From Lama guanicoe (lineage: Eukaryota), in contig MU053431.1 of the NCBI GenBank assembly GCA_013239625.1, forward strand, positions 2,012,485 through 2,072,484: a DNA stretch of 60,000 nt, read 5' to 3'. Made by a program: the position numbers and the translations under genes. The notes under the pieces are model-generated. The model made no database searches, was not told the DNA's origin, and worked only from the letters and a program-made list of their open reading frames with translations. This document shows, piece after piece, positions 13,094 through 23,595 of this stretch (position 1 is the first letter of the stretch; the number at the start of each line of letters is the position of its first letter).

Positions 13094-14149
13094 TGGTGGG
13101 CCGGGCGCTCCTTGGCGGGGGTGGTGGGGGTAACTGGCTGGAAGTAAACCCTACATTTTGAGGTCTCCATGTCTCCCACCCAAATGCGGAGGCCAGCACC
13201 CTGTGGAGAGCAGCAGGCAGGTGACAGCCTCTAACAGCGTGTCTACCTGGTGTGTCCACAGGGTGTGTCCATCTCTATAGCCCGTGTGGTCCTCGGCCCG
13301 TCGGGGGATTTGCCTTCTGCCCAGCTGTAGGGATGGACAGGGTGTCCGGGCCACTCCCAGCCCCGCACCTGGGACAGCGCTGAGGGAAGCCTGGCGGGTG
13401 CGGCCCCACTGGGGCTCCAGGGACTTGCTCACTCGTTTGCACATGTGTTCATTCACTCACTCATTCAACTCGGAAGGACGCGGGCTGTGGGGAGGCACCT
13501 TTCCGCTCTGCTCACACCTCTGCCAGCAGCAGCGTCTGGCCTGCTGGTCTGGTGGGGACTTGGGCCCTGCGGCGGGCCGCGGGGGCCGCTGTTCCTTCAG
13601 ATGGGGGCACTTCGGCCTAACTGCCTCCCCTGTCCCCTCAGGTGGGGGCCCAGCCGCCTGTCTTTCCTTGTCTGAAGTTTTCCTCCGCCCTTGCAGTCAG
13701 TCTGATGTCTTAACTGCAAGGAAGACAAAATATTCCTGTGACCTTTCAATCCAAAGACTTCGTCTGGTGGAGAAAGAAAAAAGCACAGGCAGAACGGGGG
13801 AGGGGGCGCGGCGTCCAAAGCAAGGAGGAGGGGCCTGGCGGGGCGGAGCCCTCAGTCGGGGCCGCAGCTGGAATTGGGGGGAACGGCCTGCACAGCTTTG
13901 CTGAGACCTGGAAACCCAGCCGAGGCCTGGGCTGGGGGACAATGGGTTAACTGCCTTCCTTCCCTGGGGGCTGCAGTTCAGAGACCCCCTCCAGCCCTGC
14001 CCTGGGGATCTGGTGGCCAGAGGGAGGCCAACTTGGACACAGCTTCAGAGAGAGGGGGCTCTGCCAGAGGAGGGAAGGGCCTGCGCCCCAAAGGAGGTGC
14101 CTGCCGCCCAGCCACCACCTGCCCCGTGTGCTGCGTCATGAAGCGGGAG

Positions 14150-14325
14150 TGCTCTCGTGCACGCGTGTTTGTGTTGTGTGCCCTGTGTGCACACACGAGC
14201 GCATGTGATCTCTGTGCACGCACATGTGTGATCTGCACGCGTGTGGGTGCGTGTCTGGGAGTGCGCGTTTGTGTACGTGCACCTGTCCTCCAGTCGTGCG
14301 TGTACGCCTGAGTGTGCTCAGCACA
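14150..14325. repeat. Degenerate (TG/CA/CG)n simple repeat
   Basis: Alternating purine-pyrimidine gtgcacgcgtgtttgtgttgtgtg... tract. Confidence 0.8.
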
Positions 14326-15364
14326 CTGACCCTGGGTCCTGCAGGCAGGACCCGCTCCAGCCACAAGGGGACCCTCAGAGGTGGAGTGCGGAGGCTGCCT
14401 GCCCCTTGTTCCCTCTTCCCGGTAAGGAGGCCACGAGAGGATCCCTTCAGCGCTACTCGGGTCAGCTGGACAGGAGGGAGGCCAGTGGCTGGCAGGGGAG
14501 GGCTGGTCGCCCACCTCAGGGAAGGGCCGCTCCTCGGGGGAGGGGCAACTGTCTCCTCCGGGGATGAGCGTGATGGTGGCCAGGGTGACGGAAGCCCCCG
14601 GCCCCAGCGGCAGGCAGGCGTGAGCACACGTGTGCAGACAGACGGGGAGGGAACACGCCCCCAGCCTCACTGTCCCGGGTCCTTCTTTCTCCCGCTGGGG
14701 TCCTGGTGGTAAGCGGTGCTGGTGTCAGGGCGGCCACCCAGACCTGGTTCTCGGCGCCAGGTTTTAAGGACGGATTAGCGGCCGGGCTGTGTGTGCCGGC
14801 TCCACAGAACCTCTGAACATTCCTGACTCGATGGCAGCTGTGTCTTCAGCCGCCCCTGGGGAGGCACCTGGCTTCTTGGGAGAGCTAAGGCTCTCTGTGG
14901 TCTCTGGCTCACTTGGGAGAGCTGCGGCTCAGACTCGGTTGGGTGGTTTGACCCCAGGCTGCTTCCACAGCGTCCTGTCACCCACCCAGCTAGGGGCCCA
15001 CGTCTGTCACAGTGCCCTGGGTTTGGGGTGCACCTGGCTTCCGAACCCTGTTTGAGGGGGGTCCTGGACCTAAGAGGGCTCAGTGTCCTGGGCAGGTGGC
15101 ACAAAGTGGGGCCCCTGGGCGCGGGGTTGAAGCTTAGATGGAAAGCTACTTCCTGAGGCTGGGGGAAATGATATCTGCATATCAAACAGCTGTGCTGACC
15201 GTGGCCCATTGACTGGCCTCCTCCTGCTCAGCTGACACTGGGTCTCCACCAAGCCGGTCCTCCGAGGAGAGTGAATTATTCTGGGGCATCTTCTGCAGCT
15301 GAGCATCCGACCGTGACCTCCATGGCCGTCAGCTGTCTTCCCTCCGTGGGCTGCCTGGGAACTT

Positions 15365-15875
15365 GTTCCATCGACAGGTGGCTGGATAAAGAAGCTGCGG
15401 TGTATGTATACAATGGAACACTACTCAGCCATAAAGAAGAATGAAATAACGCCATTTGTAGCAACATGGACGGACCTGGAGATCGTCATTCTGAGCGAAG
15501 TAAGTCAGACAGAAAAAGAAAAATACCAGATGAGATCACTTATATATGGAATCGAAAAAAATAAAAAGGACAAACGAGCTTATTTACAGAACAGAAACAG
15601 GCTCACAGACATAGAAGGTAAACTTGCAGTGACCAGGCAGGGAAGAGTGGGAAGGGGCAAACTGGGAGTCTGAGGTTTGCAGACACTTGCTCGTGTGCAT
15701 AAAATAGATAAGCAGCAGGTTCATGCTGTGCAGCACAGGGAACTACAGTCAACGTCTCGTGGTAACTTACGGTGAAAAGGAATATGAAGACGGATGTACG
15801 TGTGCTTACGTGCGGCTGAAGCGTGTGCTGTGCGCCATAGACTGACACAGCATTGTGGGCTGGCTGCTCTTCAGT
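15365..15875 (+). mobile_element. 5'-truncated LINE-1: ORF2 C-terminus plus 3'UTR (camelid/cetartiodactyl type)
   Basis: Translation YTMEHYSAIKKNEITPFVATWTDLEIVILSEVSQTEKEKY matches the L1 ORF2p C-terminus; 3'UTR contains acagaaacaggctcacagacatagaa...gcacagggaacta...tgacacagcattgt. Confidence 0.93.
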
Positions 15876-18800
15876 GAGACACGCACGCGGGGGCTTGCTG
15901 GGAAGCTGTGCTCTTCCTGGCTGGCCCGAGGGGCTTCCTGCTGGAGCTCTCTCTCCCTCCAGCAGTGGCAGGGTCTGCCCCTCTCCCCACAGGTAAAAGC
16001 AAAGGGGGCATTTCCTCCACCGTGACAAACATACCCTCCAGGCCAGTTTGGACCTGGACAGGGCTAGGCACTTGCACAGGGGTCAGTGCTGGGGGGAGGC
16101 CCTCGGATCGCGAGGAAGATCCTGTGTTGTGGTGGAGGCATCAGCTTCAACCTAATGGGTCGGTGAATCTGCCTCGGAGACGGGAATGTGGTGGCCAGCT
16201 CTTCAGAGCAGAGAGGATGGCTGGGAGGGCAAGGCTGGACGTCACCACGGCCACCCTCAGGGTGCTGGGGCCAGGCAGGAGCTTCTGGAAGAAGCACAGA
16301 GCAGGGCTGATTTCAGGTGCTGCATGGCCCTGCCCCCGGGAGACCAGCACCTCTCGGGGATACTTACCCTCCGCAGCTGTGAACCCACGGTGGCTTCCTG
16401 CGAGGATGGGCAGGATCCTGGGCAGGATCCTGGTCAGGCCCCGCATTCCTGACAAGGGCACATCCTGTGCGGATTTCCTGCAGCCGAGGGAGGGGCTGAG
16501 CAGACACCACCCACCTGCTGTGCGTCTTGTCGAAGCCGAAGCCGATCACGCGTGCCCTCCACTCCCATTTTGGTTTCACTAACAGTGATTCCGAGAACGG
16601 TTTTAAATTCTTCCTTTGGTGCAGGTTCCCTGAATGCGGGGCTGCCTCCTCATGGGGCCCAAGGCATCTCGCCATCAGGGTCTGTCCAGAAACCGTTTCT
16701 GGATCATGCTTGGTTTTTTAAAACGGGGCCCGCGACCTCTTATCTGCTCCAGTGTTTGCAGTGTCCACCCAGTGAAGCAGGGCCTCTCTTCCTGCGGTCA
16801 CGGGGGAGCCACAGGCAACTTACAGGAATTAAAAGTCCTTCAGAGAGGACGCTTCGAGGGCATGCAGTGTCGCCAGTTGGGTGGAAAACTGACCTGCAAG
16901 GGAGGATGTGAGTGTGAATCAGCCCCCAGACATCAAGGGTCTGCGGAGGAGGAAGGGCCCCCCGCAGGCTCCGGGCTCGGCAGGACCCCTGGGCTGGCGG
17001 GAGGACGCAGGCGGCTTTGCAGCCCGCCTTACGTTCCCGTCCATCTCTGGTGGAGGTGAGGCCCCTTCCAGCCGTCTGTGTCCACCCATGGCCACTGTGT
17101 CTGCTTCTGGTCAGGGCGCCGCCACCCAGTGTGTCCCGGCTCAGCCCCTGGGAGGGACCGTGCTCCGGCCCCGGCTCCGGCCCCGAGGGCGCCGTGGGTG
17201 TCTCCGGGAGCTGTCTGATTGCCCTCCTTGTCCAGGATCAGCTGAGGCTGGCGTCGGCTCGAATGGAAGATGGGAAAAAGAGAATCTTTGTATCTTCTGC
17301 CAAGGCGTTAATTCTTTCCCAAGCTGTCAGAACTGAAATAATTTTAGAAGCTATTGTTCATCACAAGCTCTGTTTCTCATGGTTAAAAACAAGCCTTAAA
17401 CAGTCAGCAGAGGATGCTAAATGAGCACGCCAGCCAGGAGGAGGGCCGGCAGAACGGACAGAAATAGAGACCTTGCGCTGGAGGGAGTGCAGCGCGTCCC
17501 CGCAGGGCAGGCTCCCGCTCCCCCAGCAGCTGCTGCAGCCACGGCTGTGCGCCCTTGCCTTGCTTTGGGCGCTGGCAGACAGTCGTGCCTGCAAACCCGC
17601 TGGGCTGCTAGGTGGTGGGCCGGGCTGTCATCGGCCTGGCCGCCCGCAAGGTGGGACACGGACCCCGCCTGATGGCTGGGACGCGTGCTCCGTTCCTCTG
17701 CATCCGAGGCCTTCTCTTTCTGGCTGGCTTTGTCCCGGGTGGACGTGCGCCCTGTGACTCTGGGACTAGGCTGGGTGGTCCTCCCAGACCTCAGGGAGGT
17801 CACAGGCTGTGGCCGGGGTCAGATGTACCCGCCGGCTCCCCCATTCCTTGCCAGGAGAGCCAGTCGCTGATGGACACACAACGCCGGGCAGAGTTCTTTT
17901 CATCCCTGTGGTTGGTTTTTTGCCTCAAAAGTCCCTTGCTTCCCATCCTCGCTCACTAGCACATTTCAGGAGAATCTCAAGAGATTAAAGCAGCTTTGCT
18001 CCCACGTGCTTATGCTGGGCTGGGAGAGGTCTCCCCGCAGGGGCCAAAGCACTGTAACATCACCAGGATGGGCCCCATTTGCCAGGCTGCCCCCCTGGGC
18101 GGCTAGCCCTGGGCGGCTCCTGGACACTGCCCGTCTCGGACTTCAGACCTCGCGGGTGCTGATGCCAGCGTCTGCACCGGGCAGGGTGACGGCCACCTCG
18201 CTGGCTGTCCGCCACTGGTGAGTGCTGTGCTTCTCTGGGAAAGGGGCTCCAGTCCAGACCCTTCTGAGGCCCGACATCCCCTCCCCAGGGCCGGAAGTCT
18301 CTCCCAGTCACTAGGGGCCGGGTCAGAAGCAGCCCTCCAAGGGACCACACGTGATGCAGCACACAGGCCGTGGAACATTCTGGGGGGCCTGGGGGCTGCT
18401 CTCTTCTCTTAGGTGGGATGACACCTGCTTTGCATCAGGGTGGTTTTCAGCTAATGTTTTGCTCAGGTTGGGTAATGCGAAATGCTCTTTTAAGTGTTGG
18501 AGCAGAGGTGGAACTGCGACACTTGCAAGCTCTCTGCTTGCCCAGGTCGTGTTCTGATTCTCCTCCTCACTCGCCGGCACCGCCCAGGCTGAGGTCTCGA
18601 TTTCGGTGCAGATGGAACCTTCCTTCACCTCGATCTGGGGACAATGGGGCCTTGGATGTCCTTTAGGTGAGGGAAAGCTTTGACCTAATGGTGCTGTGAC
18701 CTTGTGGGGATCACAAAATACAGTATTTAAGGTTTCCACAGTTTGCTTACAATGCTAATAAAGACGACTTGTTGTCCGGGAAGACCGCGTGGAGCCAGAG

Positions 18801-19574
18801 TGCTGACAACAGATCACCTGGGTCAGAAGTGCATCCGTAGGGGCAGGGCCACCACGATGATGGAGGGCGGTCCCTCTTCGTGCTCGAGTGAGCAGGCTTG
18901 TTTTCGGGAGGGTTCGTCCACTGGCCCGGACCCTCACCTACCCCATCAGACAGGCCTTGAACAAGTGGCCTCTGCCCTGAAGGAGACACTTCTCATGGGA
19001 GCACGTGTCCAGCTCTGACCCCAGCCAGCACTAGCACTGCAGCCGCCAAGACGGTCCCCTCTGCTCCGGTTCCACGAAACCAGGACTCCCAGCTGAAGCA
19101 CACAAGTGAGGGAGTCCGGCCCTGCAGAACCTAGGAATTCCCACCGGGTACCGATGAGGACGTGTCAGGTGCCAAGAGACAGTGGGAGGGGGTGGCCAGA
19201 AACCCCCTCCCCGTAGCGCTTAAGAAGGGATAGGGGAGGGGAGGGACATGCAAGGGGATGACCACGGTGCCTGATGGTGATGAGGACGTGGGGGGTGTGG
19301 AGGGGACGAGGGTGGCAGCTCTGAGCAGGGGACCAGGAAGAGCTCCTAGACAGTGACAGTAGGGCCCAGACTTGGCGGAGGTGGGGGACCGTGGCCCTAG
19401 GGGACAGAGGGGGCCCTGGGTGTCCGACCACCCAAGTCAGACCATCACCAGCTCCTGGCCCCAGACTCCAGTCTAGAAAAATCCTGCGGCAGGTGCAGGG
19501 GGCGGCAGCTCCACTCACACTGACTCCCCAGTGCCCAGCAGCGCTCCCTGACTTTCCCTAGCACCCGGTCTCTC

Positions 19575-19630
19575 CTTCACTCACTCACCCACTCGCTCAT
19601 TCACTCATTCGGACACTCACTTGTTCACTC
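19575..19630. repeat. (TCAC/TCAT)n low-complexity tract, possibly an L2 tail
   Basis: cactcactcacccactcgctcattcactcattc. Confidence 0.5.
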
Positions 19631-20549
19631 CCTCCCTCCTTGAACAGCCTGACCTGCTGTTTATTTGGGTGGGTGGGTGGGAGAGACGGGGGTGCAGGCT
19701 CCCTACTTCCCTGTGAAGCGTTGATCAGCTTCCTTGACCAGCTGGGAACCGGTTGCCGGAGGCACGGGTGAGGGGTTGGTGTGCTCGGAGCCGGGGGCAG
19801 AGGTGGGAACCCGGGTCTAGTGCTGACTCACCGTCTTGCCTCCTCCCCCCACCCTGAGTGGGTTCCTTTCTTCACCTGTCCCCTCCCCACAGCCCAGCCC
19901 CCACTCCACGCAGTAGTGAAGACCCCAGACAAAGAGACACAACAAAGAAGTGTTCGCAACGACAGCCTGGCCTTCCCTCCTCTCCAGCCCCTTGCCCCCA
20001 GCTCCCTCCCGATGCCCAGGAGGGGAAAAGGCAGTGGCCAGGACCTGCAGCGGCCAGGCCAGGAGGCAGATGCCCAGCTCCAGAGATCTGGGCCCCATGC
20101 CCCACCCCACTGAAACCATCTGCCTTCCTGGAGGCCAGAGACACCTAGGCCTCCTGGGGCAGGGAGCATGGGAAGAAAGGCAAAATGGAACATTTCCCCA
20201 GAAATAGTGGGTCTGGGCGCCAGATGGCACTGGATCCTCAGCTCTTTCCTGCCCTAAAGGGTCTGCACACCCCTCCCCTCCTAGGGGTGTTCAGCATCTC
20301 TGGCCTTCACACCTACTGGCTACTGCCAGTCAAACTGCCTGGCCCAGAGAGGCTCTCGCAGCCCCGAGGGAGCTGAGCTGTCATCACGCGTTAGGGGCAC
20401 GCGTCAGAGCCCCGTGGAAGACAGCCAACTTGCAGGACAGGCGACGGGCCTGGCTGTTGGCAGGGCCATGGCAGCCGTCCGGCCCTACCTCGGCCTGGAG
20501 AGGGCCGGGCCCTGTGCCCACCAGTCCCCGGTGCGCCGAGCTGGTCTGG

Positions 20550-20570
20550 CCTGCTGTCCGCGGTGCTGGG
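20550..20570 (-). promoter_or_regulatory. RE1/NRSE (REST binding site)
   Basis: Reverse complement CCCAGCACCGCGGACAGCAGG with an intact CAGCACCNNGGACAGC core. Confidence 0.7.
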
Positions 20571-20600
20571 ACCCAGCCAGGACTCAGCTCTGGGCCTGGT

Positions 20601-20621
20601 GGCACTCTCCAAGGTGCTGAA
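20601..20621 (-). promoter_or_regulatory. RE1/NRSE (REST binding site)
   Basis: Reverse complement TTCAGCACCTTGGAGAGTGCC vs TTCAGCACCNNGGACAGCGCC, 2 mismatches. Confidence 0.7.
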
Positions 20622-20793
20622 GACACCACGTTCCGACCTCGGAGAGCTTGGAGCAGCCTTGACAAACACCGGCTGGACTGGGCCTTGCTTTAACACATGG
20701 TGAGTTAGGGTTCTGCCTGCGTGTCTTTGGGAACGTGTCTTTTTATTAACCTTGGTCAGACCTTGAGTCTTCCCGCCACATTCCTTGATCTGA

Positions 20794-20856
20794 TCCCTCC
20801 TCCCCTCCCCCTTCCTTCCTCCTCTCTTCCCTCCCTCCTCCCCTCCCCCTCTCCCC
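20794..20856. repeat. Pure polypyrimidine (C/T) tract
   Basis: 63 consecutive pyrimidines. Confidence 0.9.
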
Positions 20857-23349
20857 ACAGCAATTCCCCAAAGAGACAGAGAAGGACACCCTTCCTCTTC
20901 TTGATCCCTTTAAAAAGTAATTTGGAAATGTTCAAGTTTCTCCTAACCCTGAGGTTTGGGGCTCAGGCAGATCGGCAGAGTCTTCTCAAGGTCCCCTCAG
21001 TCCCGTCCCCTGCAGAACCCAAGTGCAGGGGAGGGTGGTGAGAACCAGAGCCCCTTCTCTGGGGAGGGGGCAGCATTCTGTCAAGAAAGCAGGGGCTGTC
21101 CTGTCACCTTTGCATTGGCAGGTGGGGAAGCTAGTGGATGAGAGAGGGACAGTGTGGAGAGGCCCCAGTGGTGTTTTCTGAGGCGTGTGTGGTGGTGGGG
21201 GCACACAGCATGGAAGCCTTTGGCTTCCCCTTGGGCCAGACCACCATAGATGAGCCCCCAGGGCCTGTGCTGACGCAGGCAACACTGGTGCAGTACCAGA
21301 CAAGCAGGACGGAGCATTCTCTCTCGCAGAGTGCCGGGGGGGGCTCCCCCACCGGCCCCTGCACGAAGGGTTAGGACTCAGGGCCCTACAGGGGCCGGAA
21401 GCATCACCAGGGCAGACCCTGGGGATCTGGAATCTGGAACTGACACCTGCTGGCCTGCAGCCAAGAGGGCCCTGAAACAACATGGGCTGTTACTGAGTTT
21501 GGGGTGAAGCTCCTATTTTTCATAAAACAGTGCTGTTGACACATTTGGATCTTGGTGCCTTTACACCGAGAGACTGTGGCACACAGGTGCATGCAGCAGG
21601 TCCAGACCCTGGGCTGGGCCCCGGGGAGGACTCCTGGGAGGCTCCAGATTACCCCTGTGTGGGCTGGTCAGCGGAGCTGCTGGGCAGCTGGCTCTGTGTC
21701 ACCCCCCTCCACCGCCCCTCCCCCCTTCTCCATCCCGTATCTCCCATCTTGGCTGCCGTTGAGCAAAAGAGCTCCTGCATCCATCCCTGCCTCCTTGCCC
21801 CAGCTCCCCTCCCTGCAAGCCCACCATCCTCATGTGCTGTCCCTGTCCAGCTCCAGGCCCTTCACAGCAGTACTGGGCTGGACAGATGCCTGGGCTGGGA
21901 CATCACCGTAGGGAAAGGTAGACTGAGTCAGAGCCTGGCTGAGCCTGAGCAAAACCATGATTTGCCCCCAAGTCCCGTTTCCCTACGGAATGATCCTGAG
22001 AGGGTGCTGGCTCTGCCACGAGGGGGACCGGTGCAGGTGTGTCCAGAATAGGTGTGGGCACTGGACCTCAGAACGCAAGTTGTTTCCTTCTGCTGAGGCC
22101 CCGCCCACACCAAGGCCCCACCCACTCCCACCGTCACCTCTTCCTGGCCCCGCCCCTCCCTGTTCTGTAGGCCCACTGCACTCCCATCTCACCGCCGTTG
22201 GTCAGCACAGACCTGGCCCCTCCACGCTTGTGCCGGGTGCGTCCACTGTCCTGCCGGGGCCATCACGCAGGCATCCCTGGGCTACACTCATCCTGGAGCA
22301 TTTCATACAAGCAGCAAAGGCTGGTGTGCCCGTCTCCAGGGAGGCCCGGGTTGGAGGCTGGTCCCGGACCTGTGGAGCAGGGTCCACAACATCCCTGATC
22401 CCTGACCCTGTGGGGGCCGACCTGTGCCCACCGACGCTCTCCCACCACCAGCCCTGCGGGTTGGACCTGATGCGGTCCAGGGTGGCTTGCTACAAGTGCT
22501 CTGCCCGAGCCGGTGGGTTGGGGGTCCTGGATGCCCTTCCAGCCCGGGGGCCTCAGAGGGAGGAGGAAGGGGAAGCCCCAGAGGAGAGGGAGGGGCAGCC
22601 CTGGGGAGCATGGCCCCTAAGGGGAGAGAGAAGGAGGCCAGTCAGCAGCAGAAGAGAAGCAAAGGCTGAGTTAGGAGACCTGGACCGGACCAGGGGTGAG
22701 CCCGTGTGGAGCAAGTGGGGCCGAGAGCCAGCGCAGGGCCCTGGGGCTGGGAGAGGGGCCGCCGACCTCCGAGAGGCCGGGCAGGCAGGAGGCAGCCGTT
22801 TCACTCCGCTCTCCAGAGGCCAGGCCCAGCCCAGGATACTGCAGCCCGGGCAGTGCTGGGAGGGGCCCCGTGGAGCAGCGCCTTCAGGGGCTCCACCAGG
22901 AGGGGCCTGGACACCGAGGGGCTGCGAGACCCCAGGACATAGGCCCACCAGACGTGAGGACAAGTGGAGGTGGGTGAGGGCCCTGCCACTGGCTCCCGTG
23001 CGCGCGTGCATTCTGGGGGCGGGGTGGTGCTCACACAGTGGCTGGAGGGGCCTGTGAGGTTGGGGGGGACTGGGGTTAAATGAGGTCAAGATGAGGTTGG
23101 TTTAGGGAAGTAGCATGGTTCCTGGTCACCCTGCTGCTCAGGGTTGGGGGGATTCGACAGATGGTGTTCGCCCTGTCCCCAGAAACGCAGCTGCTGGTCA
23201 ACAGAGAGGAGTGCGGACACCACAGCACCTGGGAGGGCAGGGAGGGGGCCCTGCCCAGGTGGGCTGAGACGGGGTGCAGACCCCGCGCTGGGCTGGGCCT
23301 GAGGATCACCAGGCAGAGGGACAGCCTGCAGGAAGTGCCTGACCCCACG

Positions 23350-23595
23350 ATCCTTTCTACAAACTTACAAACCAGCCAGGAATTAATTCAGGTGCTGCAA
23401 TTTCTCCGATAAACGTCAAAATATGTAAATATCGAGCTCTTTTCCTTCAGCCACTAAAACAAATGGAAAACACATTTATTAGCATAGAGATGACTTTAAT
23501 CAAATCAGCCCAAGTACAAATTAGCCGCAGGGAATGTAATGAGCTGGGAATTAATTAGCAGCACAATGATAATACCGTTGCCTGCTGATTACCTC
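23350..23595. promoter_or_regulatory. Candidate conserved non-coding element
   Basis: AT-rich island with GGAATTAATT twice, GTAAATA and TTAATC; no repeat recognised. Confidence 0.5.

Noticed and set aside
15404..15673. 89-aa ORF with real protein similarity
   Set aside because: It is the L1 ORF2p C-terminal remnant of a truncated retrotransposon, not a host gene
16408..16438. Short tandem duplications (12-mer here; 12-mer at 33370-33393; 7-mer x3 at 54990-55010)
   Set aside because: Ordinary slippage products with no further structure
21957..23057. 366-aa ORF
   Set aside because: Low-complexity Pro/Gly/Arg/Ala composition, no recognisable domain, and overlapping ORFs in other frames; expected in GC-rich DNA with few stop codons
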